From: a virus
Taxonomy: Duplodnaviria > Caudoviricetes
Strand: one strand, 5' to 3'
Virus record (IMG/VR): IMGVR_UViG_3300050015_000312
Span: 1-63,355 of that record
DNA length: 63,355 nt
Below the pieces are notes generated by a model. That model was not told the DNA's origin and ran no database searches. It worked only from the letters and a program-made list of their open reading frames with translations. Every line of letters starts with the position of its first letter. Position 1 is the stretch's first letter. The translations under genes and the position numbers were made by a program. Shown here in pieces: positions 1 to 8,177 of this stretch.

Positions 1-99
1 CGAACCATGAGCCTCAGGGGTAAGTATAATTCTGGTGTCACCCTTATTGTCCTCGTCTGCATCGCGACGAGCTTGACGGGCGAACTCGGTCAGATTCTG
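1..99. repeat. Exact 99-bp direct repeat with 62827-62925 (circularisation or assembly overlap)
   Basis: Identical from cgaaccatga to cagattctg; the copies diverge at position 100 (c) versus 62926 (t). Confidence 0.95.
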
Positions 100-573
100 C
101 GTGATCGCCAAGATGGTGCCCTCTCGGCCCACCGCGAAAATGTCCACCAGCGCCTTGAACGAACTGCGGCGCTCAGGGTGTTGTATCACAAAAGCGATAA
201 CCGGGTCATGAGCTTCGGGGTTCGTTTTCGGATGGGTCGAAGGTACCGCAGGCTCTCGGGCGGAAGTGGGGGGTTCGGCGGAAAGGATGTCGCCGCTGGG
301 GATTCCGGAATCATGGTCGGCGGAGGGGAGAGCCTTAGGTGTCATGCGCCCAAGCTCCGCGGTTGCGAATATTTGAGCGAGATCGGTACGCCCGAGCTGC
401 TCGGAAAGCCTGCGCAACGACCGTAGGGTCGCAAAATCCACCGGAGGAGCCTGCCGCTCATAGCGCTGGACCGACGCATAGGACTTCCCGATGGTCTGCA
501 CGAACTGGTGTTGCGTCTGTCGCATCGCTTCGCGCAGGTCACGGACCGCGTTCATTAAAATTTCTTTTTTCAT
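1..573 (-). CDS. XRE-family HTH repressor (CI-like); runs off the window start and continues through 62826-62734 on the circle (221 aa)
   Basis: Not in the ORF track. Manual translation from ATG 573: MKKEILMNAVRDLREAMRQTQHQFVQTIGKSYASVQRYERQ...QNLTEFARQARRDADEDNKGDTRIILTPEAHGS; divergent from the cro-like gene. Confidence 0.8.
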   Translation of the reverse strand, partial: MKKEILMNAVRDLREAMRQTQHQFVQTIGKSYASVQRYERQAPPVDFATLRSLRRLSEQLGRTDLAQIFATAELGRMTPKALPSADHDSGIPSGDILSAEPPTSAREPAVPSTHPKTNPEAHDPVIAFVIQHPERRSSFKALVDIFAVGREGTILAITQNLTEFARQARRDADEDNKGDTRIILTPEAHGS

Positions 574-585
574 GCCAAATATAAC

Positions 586-614
586 TTGACGCCTAATGCC
601 TAATGCATTATGCT
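586..614 (+). promoter_or_regulatory. Sigma70-type rightward promoter overlapping a candidate operator
   Basis: TTGACG-17 bp-TATGCT; palindrome TAATGCATTA at 601-610; GCCTAAT occurs twice. Confidence 0.65.
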
Positions 615-620
615 TCGTAC

Positions 621-923
621 ATGCAATGCAACAAGCCGCAACGGCTTAAGCATCTTACCAAATCAGAGCGGCAGAGTATCCTCTCAGAGTTTCAGAGGAT
701 TCACCGCAAGGGGCTTCTTTCCACGGTAGCGCGCGAACTGGGTGTTGATCGCGCGACCGCGAAGCGGGCCTTTGACGGCACGACCGACAAACCCGACCCG
801 AAAATCCTTGATGCGCTGTGGCGCAAGATTCAATCCCTGGTCTGCGCCGAGGCTGAGTCCGACAAGTGTTCCGAATGCCCGCTCCGAAAAGCCTGCGAGC
901 GGCTGGCGAAAGGTTCTAAATGA
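621..923 (+). CDS. Cro-like HTH protein
   Basis: LSTVARELGVDRATAKRAF HTH motif; divergent from the repressor; ATG 621 follows the -10 element. Confidence 0.65.
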   Translation: MQCNKPQRLKHLTKSERQSILSEFQRIHRKGLLSTVARELGVDRATAKRAFDGTTDKPDPKILDALWRKIQSLVCAEAESDKCSECPLRKACERLAKGSK

Positions 924-1384
924 ATTCTGCATATCCATCGCAACGGATCGTACATCAGATGGACGCGCCGGCCCGCAAATCCGCAGGCCCGACGTTGCAA
1001 ACAAAGGAAAAATACTCGCCGGCGCTCCGGGCCTTCGCACTTGGCCGCGATGTCCGCTGGATCGAGCGGGAGCACGAGCTATCGCGGGAGTGCTTCGAAG
1101 CCGCTCTGCGGGCCGCCTTGGACATCGAGCGCCGCGCGCGCCTTGCCGCGGAGAGTTACATCAGCCGGCTCGACGCCTCCAAGCTGGCAGAGTTCTGTGG
1201 GGAGTGTGCGGAGCTGGAGGCGGAAATCTGGGAGGACCTGGAGCGGCCCCTGCTGCGCGAGCGCAAGCCGATGGGGCGCGCTACTAACTGTGCGATTCCG
1301 TTCGCCCTGGGGCTGCTCGCGGGCTTGGCTCATACTGCAAGGCCGCTAATAGAGGGCCTGAGGGTGATTGGGAGGGCCGCATGA
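920..1384 (+). CDS. Hypothetical early protein
   Basis: ATGA overlap with the upstream gene; plausible composition. Confidence 0.55.
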   Translation: MNSAYPSQRIVHQMDAPARKSAGPTLQTKEKYSPALRAFALGRDVRWIEREHELSRECFEAALRAALDIERRARLAAESYISRLDASKLAEFCGECAELEAEIWEDLERPLLRERKPMGRATNCAIPFALGLLAGLAHTARPLIEGLRVIGRAA

Positions 1385-1550
1385 AGACCATCAAGATGCG
1401 AATGACTCGCGAGATCTGGAGCACGGCCTGCGCTATGAGCGGTCATGCGCGTATACTCCGCGCTGGCGAAATCCTCGAACTGTCCAAGGAAGATGCCGAG
1501 CGGTTCGCCCTCAACGGATGGGCCGTGCTGGCGGATTGCAAGGAACCAGC

Positions 1551-1724
1551 ATGAAGCCCAGCAAGCTGAGAATACTCTGCGCGGTCAGCGTGGCACTCGT
1601 CGCCGCCGGCATATCCGGCTTCATCGCGGCCTATTGGTCGGAGGCGTACGCACTCGTACCAGCCGCGCTCGGGCTGGCCGGCGCATTGACCGTCTGCAGG
1701 ATATTGAGCGGAGATGGCGCATGA
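1551..1724 (+). CDS. Small membrane protein (2 TM)
   Basis: MKPSKLRILCAVSVALVAAG... hydrophobic stretches; AGGA upstream. Confidence 0.45.
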   Translation: MKPSKLRILCAVSVALVAAGISGFIAAYWSEAYALVPAALGLAGALTVCRILSGDGA

Positions 1725-2223
1725 AATACCTCTACGCCGCCATCCTCGGGCTCCTTTGGCCGCTCTGCGCGCCATGGGGCTGGCAACTGTGGGAATTCCT
1801 GAGCACGCCCGCTCTGGATGCGAGAACCGGGGCGGGCGAATTTTCGAGGGCGAAATGACCGCCCTACGCTTGCTCACCAGGCGTCTCAGTGAGTGGCTGG
1901 AATACGGCCGCGGGTTCGGCCCGACGCCGGTTTCGGTTCCGGAGGTTCTGGCGGCGCTGAGGAGTCGCGTATGAACTGGGTCGATCTTCCCCTCTCGCGC
2001 ATCCTCGACGTGCCAATCGGGGTGGTGCTGTTCATCGCCGCAGTCGCTTGGTTTTTGGGGAGGGACTGGTGAGCGCGCCCGGGCTGGCTTCCGACGCCGC
2101 AAGCCTGATCGTAGCGGGCGTGTTCACGGTCGTAGCCTGCGCCGTGGTCAGCGGACTGGTCGAGGTGGTCCGCCGCATCATCGGGTGGCCGCGTCCGCAG
2201 GCACGGCCGGATCGGCGGGCGCG

Positions 2224-2508
2224 ATGAGGAATATCGAGAACCACATGGTCCTGGCTTTCGCCAACGACCGGACGGACCCTCGGAACGCCATCGACGCCAC
2301 CGCGTGCTCGCAGTGCGGGGAGCGCCTGAAGGATTCGGATGCAGCCGAGTGCATGATGCCTGGCTGCCGGCATACGTACCTGTGCAAGCACTGCCGGTTC
2401 GAGTGCGTGGACTGCAAGGATGTGTTTTGCCGGGAGCACCGCGGGGCTTGCGAGTGCTTGCCGGAGGATCGGTTGGCCGCCATCGGGGCGAACGAGGCAG
2501 CGCGATGA
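2224..2508 (+). CDS. Cys-rich zinc-finger protein
   Basis: Several CxxC motifs; coupled to the next gene. Confidence 0.55.
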   Translation: MRNIENHMVLAFANDRTDPRNAIDATACSQCGERLKDSDAAECMMPGCRHTYLCKHCRFECVDCKDVFCREHRGACECLPEDRLAAIGANEAAR

Positions 2509-3116
2509 GCACCGCCGCTGCGCCCGCCGGAGCCCTGATGTTCGACGAGGCGAGCCATTCCTACTCGGTCGACGGTGTCGCGCTCCCGAGCGTGACGCAG
2601 GTTCTGGAGGACGTCGGAATCATCGACTACGGATTTCTTCCGCGCGAAGACCGCGGGCGATATCTCCGGCGCGGCTCCGCGGTGCATCTGGTGGCGCAGC
2701 TCGACGACGAAGATGACCTCGACGAGGCGAGCGTGGACCCGGCGATCGCGGGGTATTTGGAGGGCTGGCGGGCGTTCCGCCGCGAGTCCGGATTCGTGCC
2801 GTCGCTGATCGAGCACCGGAGCTATAACCCGCAGTACGGCTACGCGGGCACGCTTGACCGGACGGGATCGTTCCGCGGCAGCAGCACCGTGGTCCTACTG
2901 GACATCAAGACCGGCACCTCGCCGTACTGGTGCAGGTATCAGCTCGCTGCGTATGCGGCCTTCTTCGACGGGCCGCGAAAGTACCCTCGGCTTTCGGTTG
3001 AGTTGCACGACGACGGAACGTACCGGGTCGAGGAATTTGCCTGCCGCGACTGGCAGGTTGACTTCAACATTTTTATTTCAGCGCTCGCGGTATGGCGGGC
3101 GAAGAGGAGACGGTGA
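2505..3116 (+). CDS. PD-(D/E)XK exonuclease (Cas4/RecB-like phage nuclease)
   Basis: LPSVTQVL, RGSAVH, YAGTLDR, LLDIKTG and YQLAAY motifs. Confidence 0.85.
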   Translation: MSTAAAPAGALMFDEASHSYSVDGVALPSVTQVLEDVGIIDYGFLPREDRGRYLRRGSAVHLVAQLDDEDDLDEASVDPAIAGYLEGWRAFRRESGFVPSLIEHRSYNPQYGYAGTLDRTGSFRGSSTVVLLDIKTGTSPYWCRYQLAAYAAFFDGPRKYPRLSVELHDDGTYRVEEFACRDWQVDFNIFISALAVWRAKRRR

Positions 3117-3518
3117 ATGGCGGCTAAATACATCATTTTCGAGAAAGAGAAGTATCGCGATAGCTACGAGCGCCACGACTTTGAAACCCTTGCGGAGGCA
3201 TCCGAGGCGATCATCTCGGGCGACTTCAAAGAGGGGTTCATCATCGTGGAGCGCAAAGGTCTGGGCATTCTCGACGCCGTTGACGCGGACGCATTCGAGA
3301 CCCGCGAAGAGCGCGAAGAGCGTGAGGCGGACTCGGCGAGAGCGCTAGCGCGTGCAACCGAGTTGGAGCCGGTCCTAAAGCATGCGGAACCCGTCGAGAT
3401 TGTGGAAGATTTGCCGCAAGTCTCGGCAACTCCCGAAGCCGCGGCGCACGAGCAGGCGTCAGTGGAGCCGGCAGAGGCCATCGTGATCCCCGCGATCACT
3501 GAGGAGTATCCGTTCTAA
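3117..3518 (+). CDS. Acidic hypothetical protein
   Basis: Tightly packed in the operon; acidic; ends EEYPF. Confidence 0.55.
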   Translation: MAAKYIIFEKEKYRDSYERHDFETLAEASEAIISGDFKEGFIIVERKGLGILDAVDADAFETREEREEREADSARALARATELEPVLKHAEPVEIVEDLPQVSATPEAAAHEQASVEPAEAIVIPAITEEYPF

Positions 3519-4228
3519 TGGCGACCGCAGCCGAAGTAATCACGCCCGAGGTGCTCCCAGCCGAGCAGCTCAAGACGAAGGCGCTCTCGCTGCCCGAGCA
3601 GGCGCGCGCGGTCAAGATCGTCGACCAGGCGACATACAACGACGCAGCCGAGCTGCTCGTCTCCGTCACAGCGATGCGCCGGAAGATCACCGACTACCAC
3701 GCGCCGCTGAAGCAGAAGGCTTTCGAGGCGCACAAAGCGATCTGTAGCGCCGAAGCCGAGATGCTCGCGCCGATCTCCGAAGCCGAGCGCGTTCTGAAAT
3801 CCGGGATCGCGACGTACACCGCGGAGCAGCGCCGCATCGAAGACGAGCGGCGTCGGCAACTTGAAGCCGAGATCCGCAAGAAGGCCGAAGAGGACCAACT
3901 CGCTGCGGCCATCGAAGCCGAGCAACAGGGCGCCACCGTTGAAGAGGTCGCGGCCGTGCTGGCCGAGCCCGTGGTCGTGCCGCGGGTGGCTCCGCAGCCG
4001 GTATTCCAGCCGGCGAAGGGTGTCAGTACACAGCGGCGGTGGAGCGCCGAGGTAATCAGCGTCCGGGATCTCTGCCGCGCGATTGCGGACGGCAAAGCGA
4101 GCCCGGAGTTGGCGCTGCCGAACATGCCGGCGCTGAACAAGCTCGCGGTAGCGCTAAAGGGCACGATGGCGATCCCGGGCGTCCGAGCGGTGGCAACAGA
4201 GACGGCCGTTGCGGCCGGGAGGAGATAA
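3518..4228 (+). CDS. Coiled-coil phage recombination-module protein
   Basis: Coiled coil with a C-terminal GVSTQRRWSAEV...IPGV motif; sits between the nuclease and the annealing-type gene. Confidence 0.6.
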   Translation: MATAAEVITPEVLPAEQLKTKALSLPEQARAVKIVDQATYNDAAELLVSVTAMRRKITDYHAPLKQKAFEAHKAICSAEAEMLAPISEAERVLKSGIATYTAEQRRIEDERRRQLEAEIRKKAEEDQLAAAIEAEQQGATVEEVAAVLAEPVVVPRVAPQPVFQPAKGVSTQRRWSAEVISVRDLCRAIADGKASPELALPNMPALNKLAVALKGTMAIPGVRAVATETAVAAGRR

Positions 4229-4233
4229 CGATC

Positions 4234-5418
4234 ATGGCAACAACACAAGCGCCCGATAGAACGAAGATGTACGGCCTGCTTCACGACCCCAGCACAGGTG
4301 CCGACATCCGGCGCCAGGTGCGAATCCTGAAGGTCGGCATCGGCGTCCCCAAAGGCCCCGATGTTCACGTCTGGATCGACGCGTCCGGGAAGTGGACCAT
4401 CGAGGTGGGGCATACCGAGAACGGAAAACGGGTGTCCGGCGCTACGCGCTTCGACACACGCGCCGAGGCGCAGAAGTTCTACGCCGAGTCCCGCAAGACC
4501 GCTGTGATCCGGACCTACCCGGCGAAGTTTCCGTACTTCACGTTCCTGCGGATGGGAATCTCGGGCGACTACGTCCACGACTTCGACGCAATCGAACAAC
4601 ACGGACCGATCCCGAATGAGATTGAGATTGTGTTGCTGACGGACGCGCCGCTCGACGCCGCGTACCAGTGGTTCACGGAATCGCGGCTCAACTGCGAGGG
4701 TGACGGCTGCCACGCCCGCCGGCGGGTCGAGGCTGCGACCGCAGAAGATCGGCCGCTCGCCGAGGCCGCGGCGGCAGCCGGCGAGAAGTGGTTTCTGCTC
4801 GATCGCTGCCATGTCGACGACTGCCCGTTTTCAAAAGCGACGGAAGAGAACGGCCGCGAGAAGCCACCGCGGTGCAAGCCGCATGGCCGGCTGTACTTCC
4901 AACTCGTGAACCAGCCTCGGATCGGCGGCACCGCGACGTTTGACACGACCGGGTTCCGCTCGATTTCGCAGCTTCACTCCTGCATTCAGGAGATCAAGAT
5001 GGTCACGGGCAACGGCGATCCCGCTCGCGGCTATATCGCCGGCATCCCGCTGACGATGGTGCTCCGGCCTTACAAGGTCAACCACAACGGTAAGGCATCG
5101 GTGCAGTACGGTGTTTCGCTCGAATTCCGCGCGCAGAACGCTGTCGAGTTGCGGCGGCTGCTGGTCGAGCACGGCCAGGCATACCGGTCCGCGATCACCG
5201 GATCGGGCGAGATCGTGGACGTAATCCCGGAGGCTCGGCACCTCGCGGCGCCCGTTCCGGAGGACCAGGACGCGGACGCGCCCGCCATGGCCGCCGAGTA
5301 TTACCCGGACGAAGAAGGCCCGGAAGATGGAGAACCCGAAGAGGGCGCGCAGCCTGGCGGAATTCAGATGCCGCGCCGGAAGTCGGATTCGGCGCCCGCG
5401 CCCCAGGAGGCCAAGTAA
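4234..5418 (+). CDS. Recombination directionality factor-like (Gp3-like) or putative ssDNA-annealing protein
   Basis: CKPHGRLYFQL...FDTTGFRSISQL...IAGIPLTMVLRP pattern; acidic C-terminal tail. Confidence 0.65.
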   Translation: MATTQAPDRTKMYGLLHDPSTGADIRRQVRILKVGIGVPKGPDVHVWIDASGKWTIEVGHTENGKRVSGATRFDTRAEAQKFYAESRKTAVIRTYPAKFPYFTFLRMGISGDYVHDFDAIEQHGPIPNEIEIVLLTDAPLDAAYQWFTESRLNCEGDGCHARRRVEAATAEDRPLAEAAAAAGEKWFLLDRCHVDDCPFSKATEENGREKPPRCKPHGRLYFQLVNQPRIGGTATFDTTGFRSISQLHSCIQEIKMVTGNGDPARGYIAGIPLTMVLRPYKVNHNGKASVQYGVSLEFRAQNAVELRRLLVEHGQAYRSAITGSGEIVDVIPEARHLAAPVPEDQDADAPAMAAEYYPDEEGPEDGEPEEGAQPGGIQMPRRKSDSAPAPQEAK

Positions 5419-5709
5419 GTGCTCGAGCCCACCGCCCCGGACATCAGCACCAAGCTCGACCTGATCCGCGCCGCAATCGACCGTATCAAGACGGCGAAGG
5501 CCCGGCACATTGTCGCGGAGCAGAATCCGGCATCGAGTCAGGCCCAGCGGGATGTATCACGGTGGACGTTCGAAGGCGTGAGGAGTGAGTTCGCGCAGCA
5601 ATGGGAGAACGTCGAGGCGGTACTCGACCATCTCACGCGGCCCATGACAACGGCCATCGGCGAGCAGCCGGACGGCACGTTCGTGGTGCCGAAAGTGGAG
5701 GGAAACTGA
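5419..5709 (+). CDS. Hypothetical protein
   Basis: GGAGG RBS; coupled to neighbours. Confidence 0.5.
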   Translation: MLEPTAPDISTKLDLIRAAIDRIKTAKARHIVAEQNPASSQAQRDVSRWTFEGVRSEFAQQWENVEAVLDHLTRPMTTAIGEQPDGTFVVPKVEGN

Positions 5710-5897
5710 TGCCGCGCGTCACCGACGAATACGTCCGCGAAGAATTCCTGGCACGGTTCGCCCGCATGACTCCGGAGCAGCGGTCCGGCACCATCGAGGC
5801 CCTGACTGTGATCCACAAGGTCGTGCTGGCCGCTGGCAAGCCGGCGCCGGCGGCTCCGCTGTTCGAGCAGTCCGAGACGGAGGCCAAACAGCAATGA
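5709..5897 (+). CDS. Hypothetical protein
   Basis: TGATG coupling; GGAGG RBS. Confidence 0.5.
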   Translation: MPRVTDEYVREEFLARFARMTPEQRSGTIEALTVIHKVVLAAGKPAPAAPLFEQSETEAKQQ

Positions 5898-6124
5898 GAC
5901 CACCGTGGCCCACGCAGGATGAGAAGACCGTGGCCCGCTGGAACGCGAAGCATCCGGTCGGAACGCCCGTAAAGGTCCGCTTGGACGACGGGACAGTCAA
6001 GGAGACCACGACCCGCAGTGAGGCTCACGTTGTTTGTGGCCGCACCGCTTTGATTTTTATCGAGGGCATCTCGGGCAGTTGCCTTCTATGCCGCGTGACG
6101 CCAGCCGAGGCTCCAGGCAAATGA
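5894..6124 (+). CDS. Small phage hypothetical protein
   Basis: WNAKHPVGTPV...TTTRSEA motif typical of small phage proteins. Confidence 0.55.
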   Translation: MRPPWPTQDEKTVARWNAKHPVGTPVKVRLDDGTVKETTTRSEAHVVCGRTALIFIEGISGSCLLCRVTPAEAPGK

Positions 6125-6314
6125 TCTCCTCAGTGAACAGAACGCTCGTCACGTCGAGCAGAAAGCAGGCACCCGACATAATCCGAATCTCGTTCGCGAC
6201 CGTCGCAATCGTCACACCCGAGGCTGCGCCACCCGCAATGGAGCGGCCTCATCAAGCAACTCGCGCCGCACGGGGTAGGACCGTGACCGGGCGCGGGACA
6301 ACCATCAATTCACA

Positions 6315-6418
6315 GCCGGGCTCCCACGAGAGCCCGGCCCTTCAGGAGACCACCGTTGGGCGCTTGTTCGCCGGGGTGCTCCCGTCGCCGCACTCTCATT
6401 GCGACGGTGGTCTCTTGA
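6315..6418 (+). ncRNA. Structured non-coding segment (two strong hairpins)
   Basis: GCCGGGCTC/GAGCCCGGC at 6315-6338; 17-bp stem TCAGGAGACCACCGTTG/CGACGGTGGTCTCTTGA at 6342-6418. Confidence 0.45.
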
Positions 6419-6548
6419 GGGACAGAGAGCCACGGGCGGGCAGCCTCCCCTTTGGCGAAATGTGCGAATGCCTCCACGGGCCCGATGGCCGCGGACTTAA
6501 AGGACGTATGGGCTCGTCACGGGCGATGACCTGCCCCTCAAAAGTTAT

Positions 6549-6691
6549 ACCAGCGTCGGCGGGCACGGTGACCCGCTCTGACGAGGTAGATGGTGCGGCG
6601 TCCGCTAACGGGCCAAGCTCCGTGACGTGGCCTCTGGAGTATTCGATCCTTCAACCGCGCGAGCCGGTTCAACTCCGGCGCGCTGGCACCA
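6549..6691 (+). ncRNA. tRNA-like RNA with canonical T-arm, 3' CCA and an oversized central region
   Basis: T-arm GCCGG-TTCAACT-CCGGC; acceptor (A)CCAGCGT/GCGCTGG(C) followed by ACCA; D-like stem GCGGG/CCCGC; no clear anticodon arm. Confidence 0.5.
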
Positions 6692-6712
6692 GTAACCCAG
6701 GAGCTATTTTCT

Positions 6713-7216
6713 ATGCCGAAAAAGACAGCAGATAAAATGCAGGCCGTACGCGCGGCCCGCTACAAGGTCGCCTTCAAGCTCGTGCCGGCGGCCGATGTCA
6801 ACCTGGACTTCTCGCCACGCGCCCGGATGACTTCGCCGTACCGTTCGGCGATCGAAGAACTCCTGAAGATGGAGAACGGCGCCAAGATCCTGGAATTCCC
6901 CAACCGCCCCCACGTCAGGTCGCAGGTCATGAAGCATGCCCGAGAACTCGGGGTGAAGCCGCTGTTCGCCGAGGCCGAGGATAAGCTCTTCGTGAAGCTC
7001 GCTCCGCGTCCGAAGGTGAACCAGCAGATTCTCGACTTCATCCGCGTCCGGCCGCGCACGCGGTCTGAGCTGGAGTCGTTGGTGTTGAATCAGAAAATTG
7101 AGTGCAATCTCATCGCGGAGTTGCACGCCCTGCAGGACGCTGCGCTGATTCGCCTCAACAGCGAGTCGAAGTGGTACGACACGAAGACCTGTGTCAACGG
7201 GAGGCCGAAAGCATGA
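6713..7216 (+). CDS. Basic hypothetical protein, possible C-terminal winged helix
   Basis: AGGAG RBS; QILDFIRVRPRTRSEL...LIRLNSESKWY. Confidence 0.6.
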   Translation: MPKKTADKMQAVRAARYKVAFKLVPAADVNLDFSPRARMTSPYRSAIEELLKMENGAKILEFPNRPHVRSQVMKHARELGVKPLFAEAEDKLFVKLAPRPKVNQQILDFIRVRPRTRSELESLVLNQKIECNLIAELHALQDAALIRLNSESKWYDTKTCVNGRPKA

Positions 7217-7485
7217 CGAGCATCGTTGCAGCGTTGATCTTGCTCGTGGTCCTGCTGGTGGCCGTCTGGGTCATAGCCCCGCGACGCGGTTCTCACGCCA
7301 CCGCAATCCAGCGCCTGATCCGGGCGCTCTACCTCCTGGCCGCGTGGTTTCAGGATCTCGCCATTGCCATCGACCGCGGCTATCTGGCGTACCGCATGGA
7401 GCGGGCGCTCAATGAGATCGAGCCGGAGAATGAGCGGTGGGGCGGGGCGGAGTGGCGCGAGCCGGAGAGCGAGGCTGCGGCATGA
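7213..7485 (+). CDS. Membrane hypothetical protein
   Basis: N-terminal TM MTSIVAALILLVVLLVAVWVI; ATGA coupling. Confidence 0.5.
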   Translation: MTSIVAALILLVVLLVAVWVIAPRRGSHATAIQRLIRALYLLAAWFQDLAIAIDRGYLAYRMERALNEIEPENERWGGAEWREPESEAAA

Positions 7486-7814
7486 GCGACATCAACCCCA
7501 CCGCTCAAGACCTGCACGCAATCGACCAGACCATCGAGGCGGCCCACCAGGAGATGGGTGCCGCGCACGGCCGATCGGAGCGCGACGAGGACGGCCAGTA
7601 TTGGACCCGTAACCACGACGAGGTTATGAAACTGGTCCGCTACGTCAACCAAGCCAGCGCCAAGATCCAGCAACTCGACGCTCAGGTCTGGGTACTCGAA
7701 AAGGATTTGCGGGAAGCGCGCGGGGCAGCCCAGAGGCGGCTCTATGCTGCCGTGCTCCTACTGGTCGTGCTCCTTGTTGCGGCGCGCATCGCTCTCGATA
7801 GGGGGCTCCTGTGA
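7482..7814 (+). CDS. Coiled-coil protein with C-terminal TM
   Basis: ATGA coupling; hydrophobic C-terminus. Confidence 0.5.
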   Translation: MSDINPTAQDLHAIDQTIEAAHQEMGAAHGRSERDEDGQYWTRNHDEVMKLVRYVNQASAKIQQLDAQVWVLEKDLREARGAAQRRLYAAVLLLVVLLVAARIALDRGLL

Positions 7815-8176
7815 CCGCAACCGAGAGGATACCAGCGATGCCGCACACAATCACCCCCGATCAGATCCGCGCCGGCCAGGTCGTCCGCGTGACCCGCAAC
7901 GGAGTTCCGCTACGCTTCCGGGTCGATCGCGCCGGTCAGGCCTGCGTCGTGCTGCACCGCATCGGGGCTACGCTGCCTGTCAATGACGCGCGGACATTTC
8001 TGGCGCTCTGCGGTCCCGCGCAACCGGTGAACGACAGTGGGCGGTGGCTGCATCAGGGCCTTGGCCTTCCGGAGGCTGGCGGGCTGGCGTGCATCGCCAC
8101 GCGGCATGGCGACGAGCTGCGGGTGGGCGGCGCGGCGGTTGCGGTGGAGTTGGTTGCGGACCCGAGGAACAACTGA
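7811..8176 (+). CDS. Hypothetical protein
   Basis: GTGA coupling. Confidence 0.45.
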   Translation: MTATERIPAMPHTITPDQIRAGQVVRVTRNGVPLRFRVDRAGQACVVLHRIGATLPVNDARTFLALCGPAQPVNDSGRWLHQGLGLPEAGGLACIATRHGDELRVGGAAVAVELVADPRNN

Positions 8177-8177
8177 A

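Noticed and set aside
1-99. Biological direct terminal repeat
   Set aside because: The second copy is not terminal, lies inside a gene and has a typical k-mer length.
2505-3116. CRISPR-associated Cas4 or a CRISPR array
   Set aside because: No repeat-spacer array or other cas genes; the context is a phage recombination module.
6419-6540. HDV-like (theta) ribozyme next to the tRNA-like element
   Set aside because: P2- and P3-like pairings can be drawn, but I could not place a P1 helix, and the element lies 5' rather than 3' of the tRNA-like RNA.
6034-6735. 233-aa ORF across the structured region
   Set aside because: Low-complexity composition, no RBS, and overlaps both neighbours; RNA structure explains the region better.
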